DNA of 64,000 nucleotides from Octopus sinensis (Eukaryota): contig NC_043002.1 in assembly GCF_006345805.1 (NCBI RefSeq), positions 20,274,001 to 20,338,000 on the forward strand, written 5' to 3'. Below the pieces are notes generated by a model that saw only the letters and a list, made by a program, of their open reading frames with translations, was not told the DNA's origin and did not search any database. Shown here one piece after another: positions 51,306-63,325 of the stretch. How positions within the stretch are numbered: the first letter of the stretch is position 1; the number at the start of each line of letters is the position of its first letter. Made by a program: the position numbers and the translations under genes.

Positions 51306-52699
51306 TCAGTGTGGGAAAGAAATATCAAGTTTTACTTAAAAAGTTTGAAAAAAAATTAATATTAGTTTCAAACATAGGCTCATAGGCATAAATTTAGCGG
51401 TGAAGGGTATAGCCTATTATATCAACCCCCTGGGCTTGCCTGGTTCTTTAATTCATTAACTCCAGAGGGATAAAATGTAGAATTGACAACATTCACTTCC
51501 TTGGGGTCCTGGAGGTGAAGAAGTGTCAAAGGGTTTGTAATTATAGCCTTCACAAGTCCTCCAGTACAGGTGAGAGTGATGCCATAAATCAGGCATGGAG
51601 AAATTCTTTCAAGAAGCTGGCCACATGAAACAATTCCTTATTAGGTGGGTTGCACTACTGAAAAAAATGACTGCCATAAATGTTCTCTAAACTGTTGAGA
51701 ACTGAAGGAAATATGTGCAAGGAAGAAATTCCAGAGGGTCAAATGTTCTGGGGAGAAAAAAAAAACAGGAATAGTGGTTAGTGTGGGATCTGGGATAAAA
51801 AGTGGATGCAATATGGGTGAGAGGGGGAAATGTAAGTTAGTGGGGAGTGCCTGAGCATAGCTGGTATCTGAGCTGTTAGCTCCGAGAAGCAGAGGTCATA
51901 GTAGTAATGATAGAAATTCTAGGGAAAGACGAGAATACGTCTGTGGACTAGAGATTGGAATGTGCTTGTGACTTCATTGCCAATCAGTGGAGTGGCCCTA
52001 CTTTCGGTGTGCTCTGCGATGTCTGTTTTTATAGCACCAACACCATCCCAGATATAGGAAAACAGACTGACAAAATTATTTGCGCTATTTATTTAGACTA
52101 ATGCGGAAGCGGTACTCCATGGTGAGCAGAGCACACGTCTGCAAACAAGATCACACGTACACATACACAACAGCCACAAGTGCACAAACACTACACACAT
52201 GAACGTATTCGTGAACTCATGCACGTAAACACACTGGACGCATATACACATAAGGCACTCATATAACTCGTGTACATGCACACAAACGACATGTATACAA
52301 ACACGCCACACCTTTTGAAATCAGAAACTTAAGTAATGAAATATTTACATTATTCTCCGGGATGTTTACATAGACTCCTCCTCGTCCTTCCTTTAACAAC
52401 AATTTGAGTTCAGAATGGTAAAGGAGCGGAACCAAACAGGGAAAATAATTTCATCAGTGGCTCAACCGATTCTTTTATCCACCGCTTTCAATAATAAAAT
52501 TACGTTTTCTTTATTTGGCACAGGGGCACCACAGGAAAAAACAAAGCATGTAAGCAATTGGCCATAAAAAGATTTTTTATTTCCTCAAAATTGTAATCTT
52601 TGTATTTTCAAAAACGGAATCCTCTGCCCACCAAAAGTTTTTCGAAACAGAATTTTAAATTGTGGTTTGGAGGAAAATTAAAACTGAAAAGCTGTTTGG

Positions 52700-53118
52700 G
52701 GGGCGAAATCTATCTCCAGACACCCATAAAATTATCAACCATCGTACAAACAATAACTCTGAGCACCTTTTCAAACTCCATCCATCTAACACCCGTGGAC
52801 ATATTTACAAAGTCAGAAAACAGCACAGCTCCCATGACTTTAGGAAACATTTTTTCTCGCTGAGAGTTGCTGAAGCATGGAACAAACTGCCGGCATCAGT
52901 TGTTAGTTATCGGAGCACTGCATCCTTCAAAACTTCCATTCTTTCTGAGATTCGCCAACACTATACCTGATTTTCTCCCCTCCATACACACACACGCATG
53001 TATCTAACTCATGCATTGTTCGCTTTCCAGACATTTGTACATTACTGCATATACTCTATACGCACTTTCTGACAAGTTGTGGTGCACCTGAGCACTGTAT
53101 ACAATAATTTCATTATAA
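52700..53118 (+). mobile_element. CR1-clade LINE 3' end, same family as 1455-2035 but less decayed
   Basis: TRGHIYKVRKQHSSHDFRKHFFSLRVAEAWNKLPASVV...SFK; the 3' UTR aligns with the first copy. Confidence 0.9.
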
Positions 53119-53189
53119 TTGAAAACTTAAAAATCCGAAGAAATTTTCGAAAATAATAATCCTGTCTGCTTTAAGCCTGAAATTTGGTG

Positions 53190-53528
53190 AGAGGGGGCCA
53201 GTCGATTACATCGATCACAGGGCTCAATTGGTGCTTATTTTATCGATTCCGAAAGGTCGACTTTGCTTTTTATCCTCTCGGGGTCAATAAAATAAGTACC
53301 AGTTGTATATTGAAGTCAATACAGTCGGCTAGTCTGCCCCACAAAAAATTCAGGTCTTCTGCCTGTTGTTGAAAAAATATCTTTTCTACTCTAGGCACAA
53401 GGCCCGAAATTTTGGGGGAGGGGGGCAACTGATACTTAATTTATCGACCCTGAAAAAATGAAAGACAAAGTCAACCTCGCTAAGCATTTCGCCCGGCGTG
53501 CTAACGTTTCTGTCAGCTCGCCGCCTAA
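53190..53528. mobile_element. Rearranged SINE family B pieces in both orientations, CpGs retained
   Basis: Core at about 53245-53300 on plus; tail/core/head at 53390-53528 on minus. Confidence 0.75.
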
Positions 53529-55422
53529 AAATTATAATAACAATAATGAAGCAAAAATGGAGGTGGGGTGTCGATACGTTCGCGTGAACATTGCCCAATA
53601 GCGATAATATTTTTTTTTATTTTGTCATCATAAACCGGGAAAAATGTCCATTAAACTGGTCACTCAACACACAGACAGAAATGCAAATGACTTCTTGGGA
53701 TCTTTTCATTTTGACCGGCAGATTTTTAAAATAATTTCTTAGTAACTAAACACTTTTTAAGTGAAAAGATCCGACTTCTTGATACTAATTAACAAATGAA
53801 AGTTGATGCTGCAGATAAGCAATTTCACGGTGAATAAAAATGTTCCACTCGTGATCACCCAGTCTTTTTTGCTTGTTCAAATTTACTTATCTTTTTTGAA
53901 GACGATCGGGTGTGATTTGAGAAAAATTTGACTGCTATTTCCAACAGTTTGTGTGACTATGTAGAGCAAGGTAAGGATCGCCTCGCCTGCGTGCAAAATT
54001 TCGCCCGAAATCATATTTGAAACCTCTCTCTTGACATCTCTAAAAGTCGAGGCGTTAATAAACAGGTTAAGCTAAAACAGTAATTTCCAAAGCTGCAATG
54101 TAACAAACATTTATATGGCAAAATAAAAATACAAAAAACTTGTTAGCTATAATATAGTTTTGTGACATTAATCGTAAGTCGAATGACGTACGAATAACCA
54201 CACCTTCATTACAACCTGCTTGCGGGCATGTCTTTGGTTATTGTAAATTGGTAATGAAGTCATTTTACTCTACGTTTGTTGTCAGTGTTATGTCAAATTA
54301 AGTGCAATAATTGTCAAGGCTAACAACATTTACGGTTCATTTGCCTATTTTCATTAAAGATTTCAAAGTAATATTATAAATAAGCATAAAAACGTCTTCT
54401 GCAATGGTTTGTAATAATAATAATAAAAGTTGCATGCAAAAGTTCTTTGCTCGTTTTAAAATGGGGAAAATTATTTTTTCATAGAAATTAATAGACGCAA
54501 TCTTCGAGCTTATAACATCACTTTTATTTTCGTGAAAAACTTGGATTTTGATGCTACCAAGGGCCGGTTTTATCATGTTTCTTCTTTTCTTTTTTTTTTT
54601 TTTGTCAATTTTATGAGATTTCATAGGAAAGTAAAATAATGTGAATTCTTTAGATGATAGTGTCATTTTCGAGTCACTAAAATGATGGACTTTATGAAGT
54701 ATTGCTTCTTCGCAGAAATTTCTTACACAATAGCAGCAAAAGAAAAACAACAGCAAATTGTAATACACGGGGGGAAAAGTTAAGAATACATTGACAACAA
54801 ATTGGCAAATGAACAAACAACATACGATAAATTTAATATCGACATTATTCTTCTTCACACCGTTATTTAAAAAAACACAAGCACAAAAAAAAATTAAATA
54901 CACGTTACTTGGAAGAACCTCGGTTCGGGACAAAAGTGAAAGTAAACTAACACGTGAGTTAAGTCGAACAAAAATTACGGTCCCTGATAAAAGATTTGTA
55001 TAATAAAATTGTTTCACTCTCAAGAATGAAACCGATGGTGAAAACTCAGATTGACGTAAACGGACTGTGTGTGCGCGCGTTACGGAAGATTCGAAACCCT
55101 ACTTTTGACCAAACAAAAGAAAATTGAAAGACTCATTTAGACAAACTGGTAATTTAAAATTTTTATGGAACCAACAAACAGTCTATACTCAAGATATATA
55201 TGAAAGAAGATACTTCTATAATATGAGTCATTTATGAAGCATACGGGTCCATAGCAAAGAAAGCAAAAATAGACATTCGAAAGCGAGTTTGCGGCTCAGT
55301 GAATTTCTAACTCCATAAAAAGATTAATAATTAGTGAAGAACTGTTTCTGACCACCTATATTTAACAAACAGGCGGGCCTAACGAGATCCAGGTATCTTT
55401 GAAGTAAGCAACATCAGAATTT

Positions 55423-55754
55423 TCTATTGTGTCTGGGGAGAGTAATTTTCTTTTTGTGCCTTATTGTGTAACATACTCACCGGTAAAATTTCCACTTTTT
55501 TCTTATTTTTATTTTGCTAAATTTTTCGTTGCGTCTTGCAACCTTTTCAATAGTTTTGAGTCAAAACTATTGAAAAGGTTGCAAGACGCAACGAAAATTT
55601 TAGGACAATACAAATTAGAAAAACGCGGAAATTTTACCGGTGAGTGTGTAACATAATAAGGCACAAAAAGAAAATGACTCTTCCCAGACACAATAGAATA
55701 TGCTTCAACACACGAACTCATATAAAGAATCTTGCAAACCAAATCCAAAAACGA
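55423..55754. mobile_element. Palindromic element (about 140-bp arms) with a one-sided tail of about 55 bp and a 13-bp flanking direct repeat
   Basis: Centre ttttga-g-tcaaaa at about 55559; aacatcagaattt at 55410-55422 and 55755-55767; related copy at 33569-33826. Confidence 0.85.
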
Positions 55755-56519
55755 AACATCAGAATTTGTTTTATTTGATGGTGGTAAATAAGACAATAAA
55801 TATGGTAAATTGATTTTGGTTAGCTATATATTTTTATGGGGGATAACGACAAAATTTATACCTGCAAGTTTTACTTACTTTAAAATCGATGTATCTGTAG
55901 AAAATAACCTTTCTCCAGTTCTAACTCTGGATGCTTTGATATTGTTATATTTTGTAATGTTGACCAGAGATAATTACTACTATCGACTAATATAACCATA
56001 TTCCGTAATATCGACCAGAGTTAAATTCTGTTATGACATTTTTTTCCCAAGTGGGCGGAGATGGGAAGGAAGAAATACAGGTGGCGTTTGGTTGCGTATA
56101 CCAGGTGGTACAGAGGTAGAGAGAAAGATTGTGAAGTGTAAATCAGCAGTAGGAGTGGGGCTGCTGCCCGGAATGTGTCCGGAGGGGTTTGGAGGGGCCA
56201 TCGTGGATGGGGAGAGATGTTTGGAGGTTGCACAGACCCGCTGGGGGTTGAGGTCGAGTTTGAAGAGCTTCCGTCGGTCGTGGAGTTCGAGGATTTGAAA
56301 CCATTAATGGACATTTAAAAGCAAGTGAGTAAAATTTGTTTTTAAAAAGAAAAAAAAAAGAGGAAAATAGACTGTTAAAAAGTTTTGAAAAAAAGAAGAA
56401 AAAGAACGATACAAAAAGAAATGTACATTTCCCAACACTGAAAGAACAGAAATCAAATAATACTTTAGTATCCAAATTTGATAATTTTTTTTTTTTTTTT
56501 TTTAAGTCATGGCTGTAAG

Positions 56520-56700
56520 ATATTGGTTTCTAATTTTGGCACAAGACAAGCAATTTCGAGGGAGTATTTAAGTCGATTACATCGACCACAATGATTAACT
56601 GGTACTTATTTTATCGACTCTGAAAGGATGAAAAGCAAAGTTGACCTCGGCGGAATTTGAACTCAGAACGTGCAGACAGACGAAATGCCACTAAGCATTT
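56520..56700 (-). mobile_element. SINE family B
   Basis: gtcgattacatcgacc...gaaaggatgaaaagcaaagttgacctcggcggaatttgaactcagaacg. Confidence 0.85.
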
Positions 56701-57926
56701 TGGTGGAATTCGGTTCGAAGCACGTACTGAAACCCTTCATAACAGGCCGTACGCATGCGCGATTGTTTAAAACTTTTTCAATTTTGAATTCGAAGTATCT
56801 AAAGAAATTATTATGAAATTATAACGAGAAAAAATTCGAAAAACAGTGGAAAGTATTGGAATTAGGGAAGCGGAAGTAAAATATTAATCGGGGTGGGGGT
56901 CTACTTAAACTGATTCACAAAATCTGCATTTTCTTTTTTTTTTTTGTGGTTTTCCACTCTTATTACTATGAAGGTATGATGTGAAGAAAAACAATGGAGG
57001 AAAATAAATAAAAATACCTAATAAAAATCAACACGTATCATCTTACTGTTTCTTTTATCTCTTCATTGATTGTATGTTTTTATTATTTGTTTTTAATTTG
57101 TTATATTAATATATTTGCCTGCGTGTGTTTATGCGTATTTCAGTATTATGCACACCTGTCATGTATTTGTGTACATCACTAATATATAAGTGCGTGTGTG
57201 TGTGTCAAAGGAGGCGTCTGTCTCCAAAATTCCAAAGTTGAGTAACGTTTCTATGCTTGGATTTGTAAACTACGATAAGAATAACGCTGGTCAAAAATAT
57301 GTAATATGCTAACACACAGGAAAATTTGAACAAAACACGCAGGTGAAAAGAATCTTGTGGTGTGAAGAATCAACACAGAACAATGTGCAGCACAGACACG
57401 GGTGGAGTGAAGCAACATAGCGCGCGGATGTCCTGATAACAAGCTGTTAATGCCTGTCTGTTGATTGGCTAAAATTACCCAAATTTCCCAACTTTAATTC
57501 CAAATAACATCAAATTCTTTAATTTACGAGATAAAGTAATTGGTTGGTCATAACCAAAATTCAGAGTTGCATTGATACACCAAAATTGAAAATCAATCTG
57601 AGCAAAATTAAAGGGGGCTCATTTTGTGAATGAAATTAACTAGATCCTTTTATTTAAATTGGATAATTGTATTAATTTCATTGTGCAGAAGACAGAATTG
57701 AAAAAAAATTGTGAAAATTCGTAAAAATAAAAAGTTCGGAGGGGTTTCCGTACGTGTTTCGATCCGAACTCCACCAGCATTTTACCCGGAGTGCCAACGA
57801 TCATGTCTGTAGATATTGAAAAACATACCCCTTTTGAAGAATCACACTTTGTGAACTGTACCACTGCCTTCCGTCAATTTCCAATATGGACAATTTTTCT
57901 CAATATTCGAGCTAGATTTATAGACA

Positions 57927-59180
57927 TGAGAGTCGGCTGAAAAGTTCACAGGCTGACCATGAAATGTGACCAAAAAAAGTTTAGTTTTCAACACAGTCCC
58001 CCTTGTGATCGACATGCTTCCATCGGTGTTGCAGTGCTTGGATCCCATTGGTGAAGAAGCTTTCATCCTGTTGGTCAAAAAAAGTCATTAACAACAGACA
58101 TGATATCATCATCACTGCGATACTGGTTCCCAGCCACGTGTTTATCATGCTGAGGGACAGATGATAGTCAGATGGGACCAAATCAAGAGAGTAAGGAGCA
58201 TGGTCAACCAGTTCAAAGCCACAGTCACGCACAGCAACCAATGAAACCATGAACTTGCGTGCTGGAGCATTATCCTGATAAAACAAGACCCCTTTTATCA
58301 GTTTTCGAGAACAAATTAACTCGTATATCGAGGCATAACTGTAGTCTCCATTGATGGTGTGGCCCTTTTGAAGTCAGCCAATAAACTTTTGCATTCCAAA
58401 AAGCTGAGGTCGTCACCTTTTCTGCAAACGAAACGACCATGGACTTCTTTGGAGCAAGTAAGGAGGAGTGTTTTCACTGCATGGATTGTCTCTTTGTCTT
58501 TGGCACAAAGCAATAAAGCCAACACTTATCCCGGGTTAGGAAGCTTTCAAGGAAACCTGCTGGATCTGCCTCAAACTATGTAAAACTTTTCCGTGGCGCC
58601 ATCAGCTTGATGTACTTTTGACCTGGTGTTAGAAAACGTGGCACCAACCGAGTAGAAACCTTCGTCATGCCAAGTTCATTGTGCAGCATATTCTCAACTC
58701 CCTCACGAGATATGCTAACAGCATCGGCTATCTGGTTTATAATCAATTGTCTGTATTCCATCACTATGTAGTGAACACAATCAATGATTTCCTTGGTGGT
58801 GTCAATTACAAGACGTCCAGACATTGGGTCATCTTCAAGACTCTTCCTTTCCTTCCTAAACTCCGTTGCCCTCTTTTGCACTGTTGATAAAGCTGTAGAT
58901 TCATCCCCTAATGTAGCAACCATATCATCATGAATGTTGTTGGGGGCTAACCCTTTTTCTGCAGGTACTTGATAACACCACGATGCCAAATTTTGTCCAT
59001 TTTCAAGAGAAGTCGCTACTAGTTACTTTTGAAGTCATCTTTGAACAGTCAAATGTCACTTTACTTGCAAAGAAACAATACTGTTATTAATAAGATGAAT
59101 TGAAATTAATGCATGCAACGTTTCACAGCTCAAGTAGCAATCCTTCATAGTAAACTTATGAACATTTCAGCCCACTCTTG
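57927..59180 (-). mobile_element. Near full-length mariner (about 1.25 kb), transposase disrupted
   Basis: Imperfect TIRs TGAGAGTCGGCTGAAAAGTTCAC and CAAGAGTGGGCTGAAATGTTCAT, with TA on the right. ORF pieces SLEDDPMSGR...NELGMTKVSTRLVPRFLT and QDNAPA...HAPYSLDLVPSDYHL...GIQALQHRW. Confidence 0.93.
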
Positions 59181-60179
59181 TAAATAATTTTGTAAACCAA
59201 CCAAGAATTGTATCATCAATCCCGTCTAACATCTTTGAGTTTTCCAAAACAAAGCAGAGCCAATCTTTCATTAAATTTGAATCAATAATTTAAATTTAAT
59301 GAAATTGCGGCGTTTCAGTATTCAAAGCATTATAACTATCTGGTAAATACATTATAACATTTTAATTGATGTTGATTAGTGTGGTTGCACGCACACCCGT
59401 GAATTTCTAAAATTAAAGATTCAATTATTTTTTCTCGGTAGAAATATGCTCTCATATCTTTTAGGCACTTACAATCCGACATTGCTAAAAGGAAAGCCAT
59501 GGCCAGGTATGAGCATACTGGGAAGTTTTCCGGAGCCCCACGAGTTTATACATAACAGCCCAATGCTGTTAGGTATGTAAGGTTTCCGATACATCACTTT
59601 GACGGGGTGGAGGGGCTATAATGCTATTTTGACGATCCTGCGTATGGCGTAGATGTTCGCTTAATTACAGGAAACGAATAGTGATGTTAGTTGGCAGAAT
59701 TCCTTTAGATATTTTACTACTTATCTGTTCTTAAATTCTGCCGGAGGCAGAGCATCTGATTTGGCTCTTCATTTCTGAAAAGTTCATGAAATAACTACCA
59801 ACCAGTTAAGCACTAAGATCGATCAACTCAATTCCTTCCAGCTAAAAATCAACGTTTTTACCAGGCATTACGCCTATTTGTTGAGAAGATGGACCCTGCC
59901 CGAAATATCAGAAGTGCACGTCTCATGGTACATAACCTTAGCAGTTGTACGTTATTTTACTTTATTATTGGGTCAACTATGACACTTATCCTCCCGGATT
60001 TAATAATATAAATCCTAGTTAATAGACGGTGGAATCAATTGAATAAGCTATAGTCCTCAATAGAGAGAAAGAGAGAGAAAAGTGCCTGTGTATAAAACAG
60101 GATAATATTGTAAAACAGGATAAGAGGTTCAGAAATGGTAAAAAAAAAATACTTTGTGTGAAAGATTGTGTTTAGTCTG

Positions 60180-61441
60180 TCTATATATATATAACTGAGA
60201 ATGCGTGTGTGTCTGTATGCGTGAATACCTAAAACTGGAGAAGTACCCAACCGATTTCATTCAGATTTTACACATGATTACTTTGGGTCCATGGAGTGTC
60301 ATGGGCCAAAATAACTTTAGCTTCTTGCTTTATGCAGGCCCGGAGCAATCTTTTAGACTGGTTCGGTATTACGTGTCAAAAGCGAATATTGTTTCACTTT
60401 TAATTCTAATGTGATAACACGAAGTCCAACATATATAAAAATACAAGTTTACCGTTCAATTACCAGTTAATAATTATCGCAGCACTTGCAAGCTTGCAAG
60501 CTATTTACAGTTGCAAGGTACTTATAGTTAGATATTAAGAAATTTAGGTATTGCGGGATTTACCGTTAAATTAGCAGTTCGTATATGCGCTTCTATTGTT
60601 AATCCATATATATAAAATTATTTGTCTCTCTGTCTGTTCCCAATGCATTTTCAAATGGTTCCACCAAATCAAATCAAATTAAATTTTACAAGGTAATAGT
60701 ATCACACCCCGGGAGTTCAACATAATCTTTTTTCATTTCGATTAAAACAATGTAACATTTTATAGAGATAATCTTTTTATACTCAAATACAGTACAAGAC
60801 ATTTTATACCAACACGACGACAACGACGACATCGCATTTTCTAAATGAGTGTGTATATGTTTGTCAGTGCATGTATATGAGTGTATGGATGAGTATGTGT
60901 CTGTCAGTGTGTGTTTCCGCGTTCGACGACAATGTCACATTTTGTATGAGTATGTGTCTGTGAGTGTATGTGTGAGTGTATGAGTGTGCATGTGTCTGAG
61001 TGTGTATGTGTTTCTGTTGTTTAAGGGTTGTACTGGATAAATTGCGAAAAAAGCTCTAACAGTTCAAATACTAAGAAATAAGCATACTTAATTTGATTTA
61101 TACCAAATGATTTAGGAAAATGAATGGGTTATTTCCCTTGGCTGTTAAAATCTGGGCGAATGGATCATTTCCCTTGACTGGTAAAATGAAATATATTAGA
61201 TATATATAAAGTTCCCTGCCATGAGCACTATTATCGATTTGTTCGACAATTTGAGTATGCCATAAGGTTTTCAGACATGAGCTCTACTCACATGTCAAGT
61301 TTCATCAAAATCGGTAAAACGATGTGGGAGGAGTTAGCTAACAACTCCACAAACACACCCACAGACAGAATTTCCCACATAGGTAGTAGATATACAAAGT
61401 ATGCCGTTTTAATCCCGAGCAACGCTGGGTACCTCTACTAG
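60180..61441 (+). mobile_element. Non-autonomous Helitron-like element (possibly nested copies)
   Basis: 5' TC-TATATATATATAA followed by a (TG)-rich stretch; 3' hairpin cccgagcaacgctggg, then ...CTAG at 61438-61441. A second TC(ATAT)n-type start lies at 60603. Confidence 0.6.
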
Positions 61442-61884
61442 AAACATTGAATGAGTTATAGAAACAGTAATGAGAGAGGAAGGAGAGCTAAACATATGGT
61501 GAAGTGGGGGAGAATTTCAATATAAAACAAAAATAGTGTAACGGAAATAAACCAAAGGATAAATGAATGAATCCTAAAAGCCATGCTTTGAACTATTTTC
61601 TATGGGAAATATATCCGAAGGCCATGGGAGGAAAGAGCACACATAATTTATTTAATTACAGGCACACACACACATTTGTGAGTGTATGTGTAAAAAGGAC
61701 ATAAAAAAAAAGAGACGAAAGGCAACAATAGTCTGTGAGAAGCTTTTCTATTTTGTTATATTTAACAACAGGTTAGCTCTGATTGAGAAGACTGATTATG
61801 ATCAAAAGTGTTCCAACTGTGACAATTTTTTTCATGCATAATGCTAATGGGATCTTTAACTACTGAACTATTTTCTAGTGTCGC

Positions 61885-62311
61885 TTTTGTTTTTAAAGAT
61901 TAGGGTGACCTGCTGTGCTTGAGGAGACCTATTGAGTCAAGTACATCAACATCAAAATAAAAATCAAATGGAAATTGCAGTTGTGATACCAGTGCTGGTA
62001 GTATGTAAAAAGCACCATTCGAATGCGTCCGGTGCCAGTGCCGCCTTGACTGGCATCCGTGCCGGTGACACGTAAAAAGCACCAACCGATCGTGGCTGTT
62101 GCTCGCCTCCTCTGGCCCCTGTGCCGGTGTCACGTATAAAGCACCCACTACTCTCACGGAGTGGTTGGCGTTAAGAAGAGCATCCAGCTGTAGAAACACT
62201 GCCAGATCAGACTGGAGCCTGGTGCAGCCAATTGGCTTCCCAGACCCCAGTCGAACCGTCCAACCCATGCTGGCATGGAAAAAGGACGTTAAACGATGAT
62301 GATGATGATGA
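61885..62311 (+). mobile_element. Family C retroposon with (GAT)n tail (RTE-like 3' end), longest copy
   Basis: Internal subrepeats gccggt..cacgtaaaaagcacc; ...gagcatccagctgtagaaac...ggacgttaaac(gat)n. Shorter copies at about 10310, 18350-18508, 18845, 19367-19685, 22035, 28222-28350, 42152-42335, 45380-45540 and 46605-46750. Confidence 0.85.
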
Positions 62312-63109
62312 CATAACTACATGTATGCCATCAACACAGATTTTGTTTTCTCATAACCTAGAAAATGAATATTTTTTTCAATAAAATTTTCAACCAACAT
62401 GTTTTATATGGGGTAGATTACGATTATATATGAATTTGATGTGGAAAAAAAAATGGTGACTGTGGATATTTCACACACCTCATCAAAACGTATGAGGAAA
62501 GAAAGGTGAGGTGTATAAATTATCGAAACTCCTCACCATCCCTCTGGAAAAAAAGTTTCACAGCAAATTCTAATATAGCCTTAATCTACGCTTTTTAAAA
62601 TGTATCTCTGGGAAATTTCATTAAAAAATATGTATTTTTCAGAAAGTTAAAAAGAAAATCGGACATGTGAGGGTGGGCACAAATCTTTAGTTATACCAAA
62701 GACAGTAAGCTATAATTTGAAGTAAATTTAGATGCTATTTTTTGCAGGTCAAACGACCTTGTTGTCTTGTAATGTTGTAGTGATGATGTTATTGAGGTTG
62801 AATGGTGTGCGTATACAACATCAATATAGAGATGGTGGTGAAATGGTTTAGTTAATAGGTAATTCAACAATCTGATCATGAGTTCAAATCTGCTTCAGGC
62901 AGATTGTTTCTAGGTAGGGCACTTTATTTTTCTACACTGCCTTGGCTTAGTTTGCCATCAGGGAATTAAAGATACCTCATTTGAAAACCTAAAAGAAGAG
63001 GCTCACTGCTGAAACATCTCCTGACTAAATATATTAAATAGCACTGATCAATGAATGGATACTTCTGATCTTATATCATCATCAACCTCTGGATATTACT
63101 GTCTTGAGT

Positions 63110-63325
63110 TTGAGGACTCATAGGGTTGGTTACCTAGTTTCCATGCCAAATAAGTGACTGAAAGGGATGCCAGCCTGTCACAGGGCTACTCATTTACAGG
63201 TGAGTGGACCAAGCAATAGGAAATGAAGTGTGTTGCTCAAGAACACAACACACCACCCAGTCCAGGAATTGAAACTACAATTTTGCAATCATGAGTACAG
63301 CGTTTCAACCATTTGGCCACATGTC
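63110..63325 (-). mobile_element. tRNA-derived SINE, diverged
   Basis: Minus strand: tggccaaatggttg...gtttcaattcctgg...gtgttcttgagcaacacacttc. Confidence 0.65.

Larger units (their letters stand above)
52000..57500. promoter_or_regulatory. CpG-rich promoter-like zone, probable TTLL5 or bidirectional promoter
   Basis: CpG visibly more frequent than in 1-50 kb; GCGGAAG (52103), TGACGT (about 54184, 55052), CACGTG (about 54952), GGGCGG (about 56053), ACGCATGCGC (about 56751). The TSS was not located. Confidence 0.5.

Noticed and set aside
54337-55023. Longest ORF in the track (228 aa, minus)
   Set aside because: Composition is dictated by AT-rich homopolymer runs (F/L/K/C-rich), with no recognisable domain. 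It is more likely promoter or UTR sequence.
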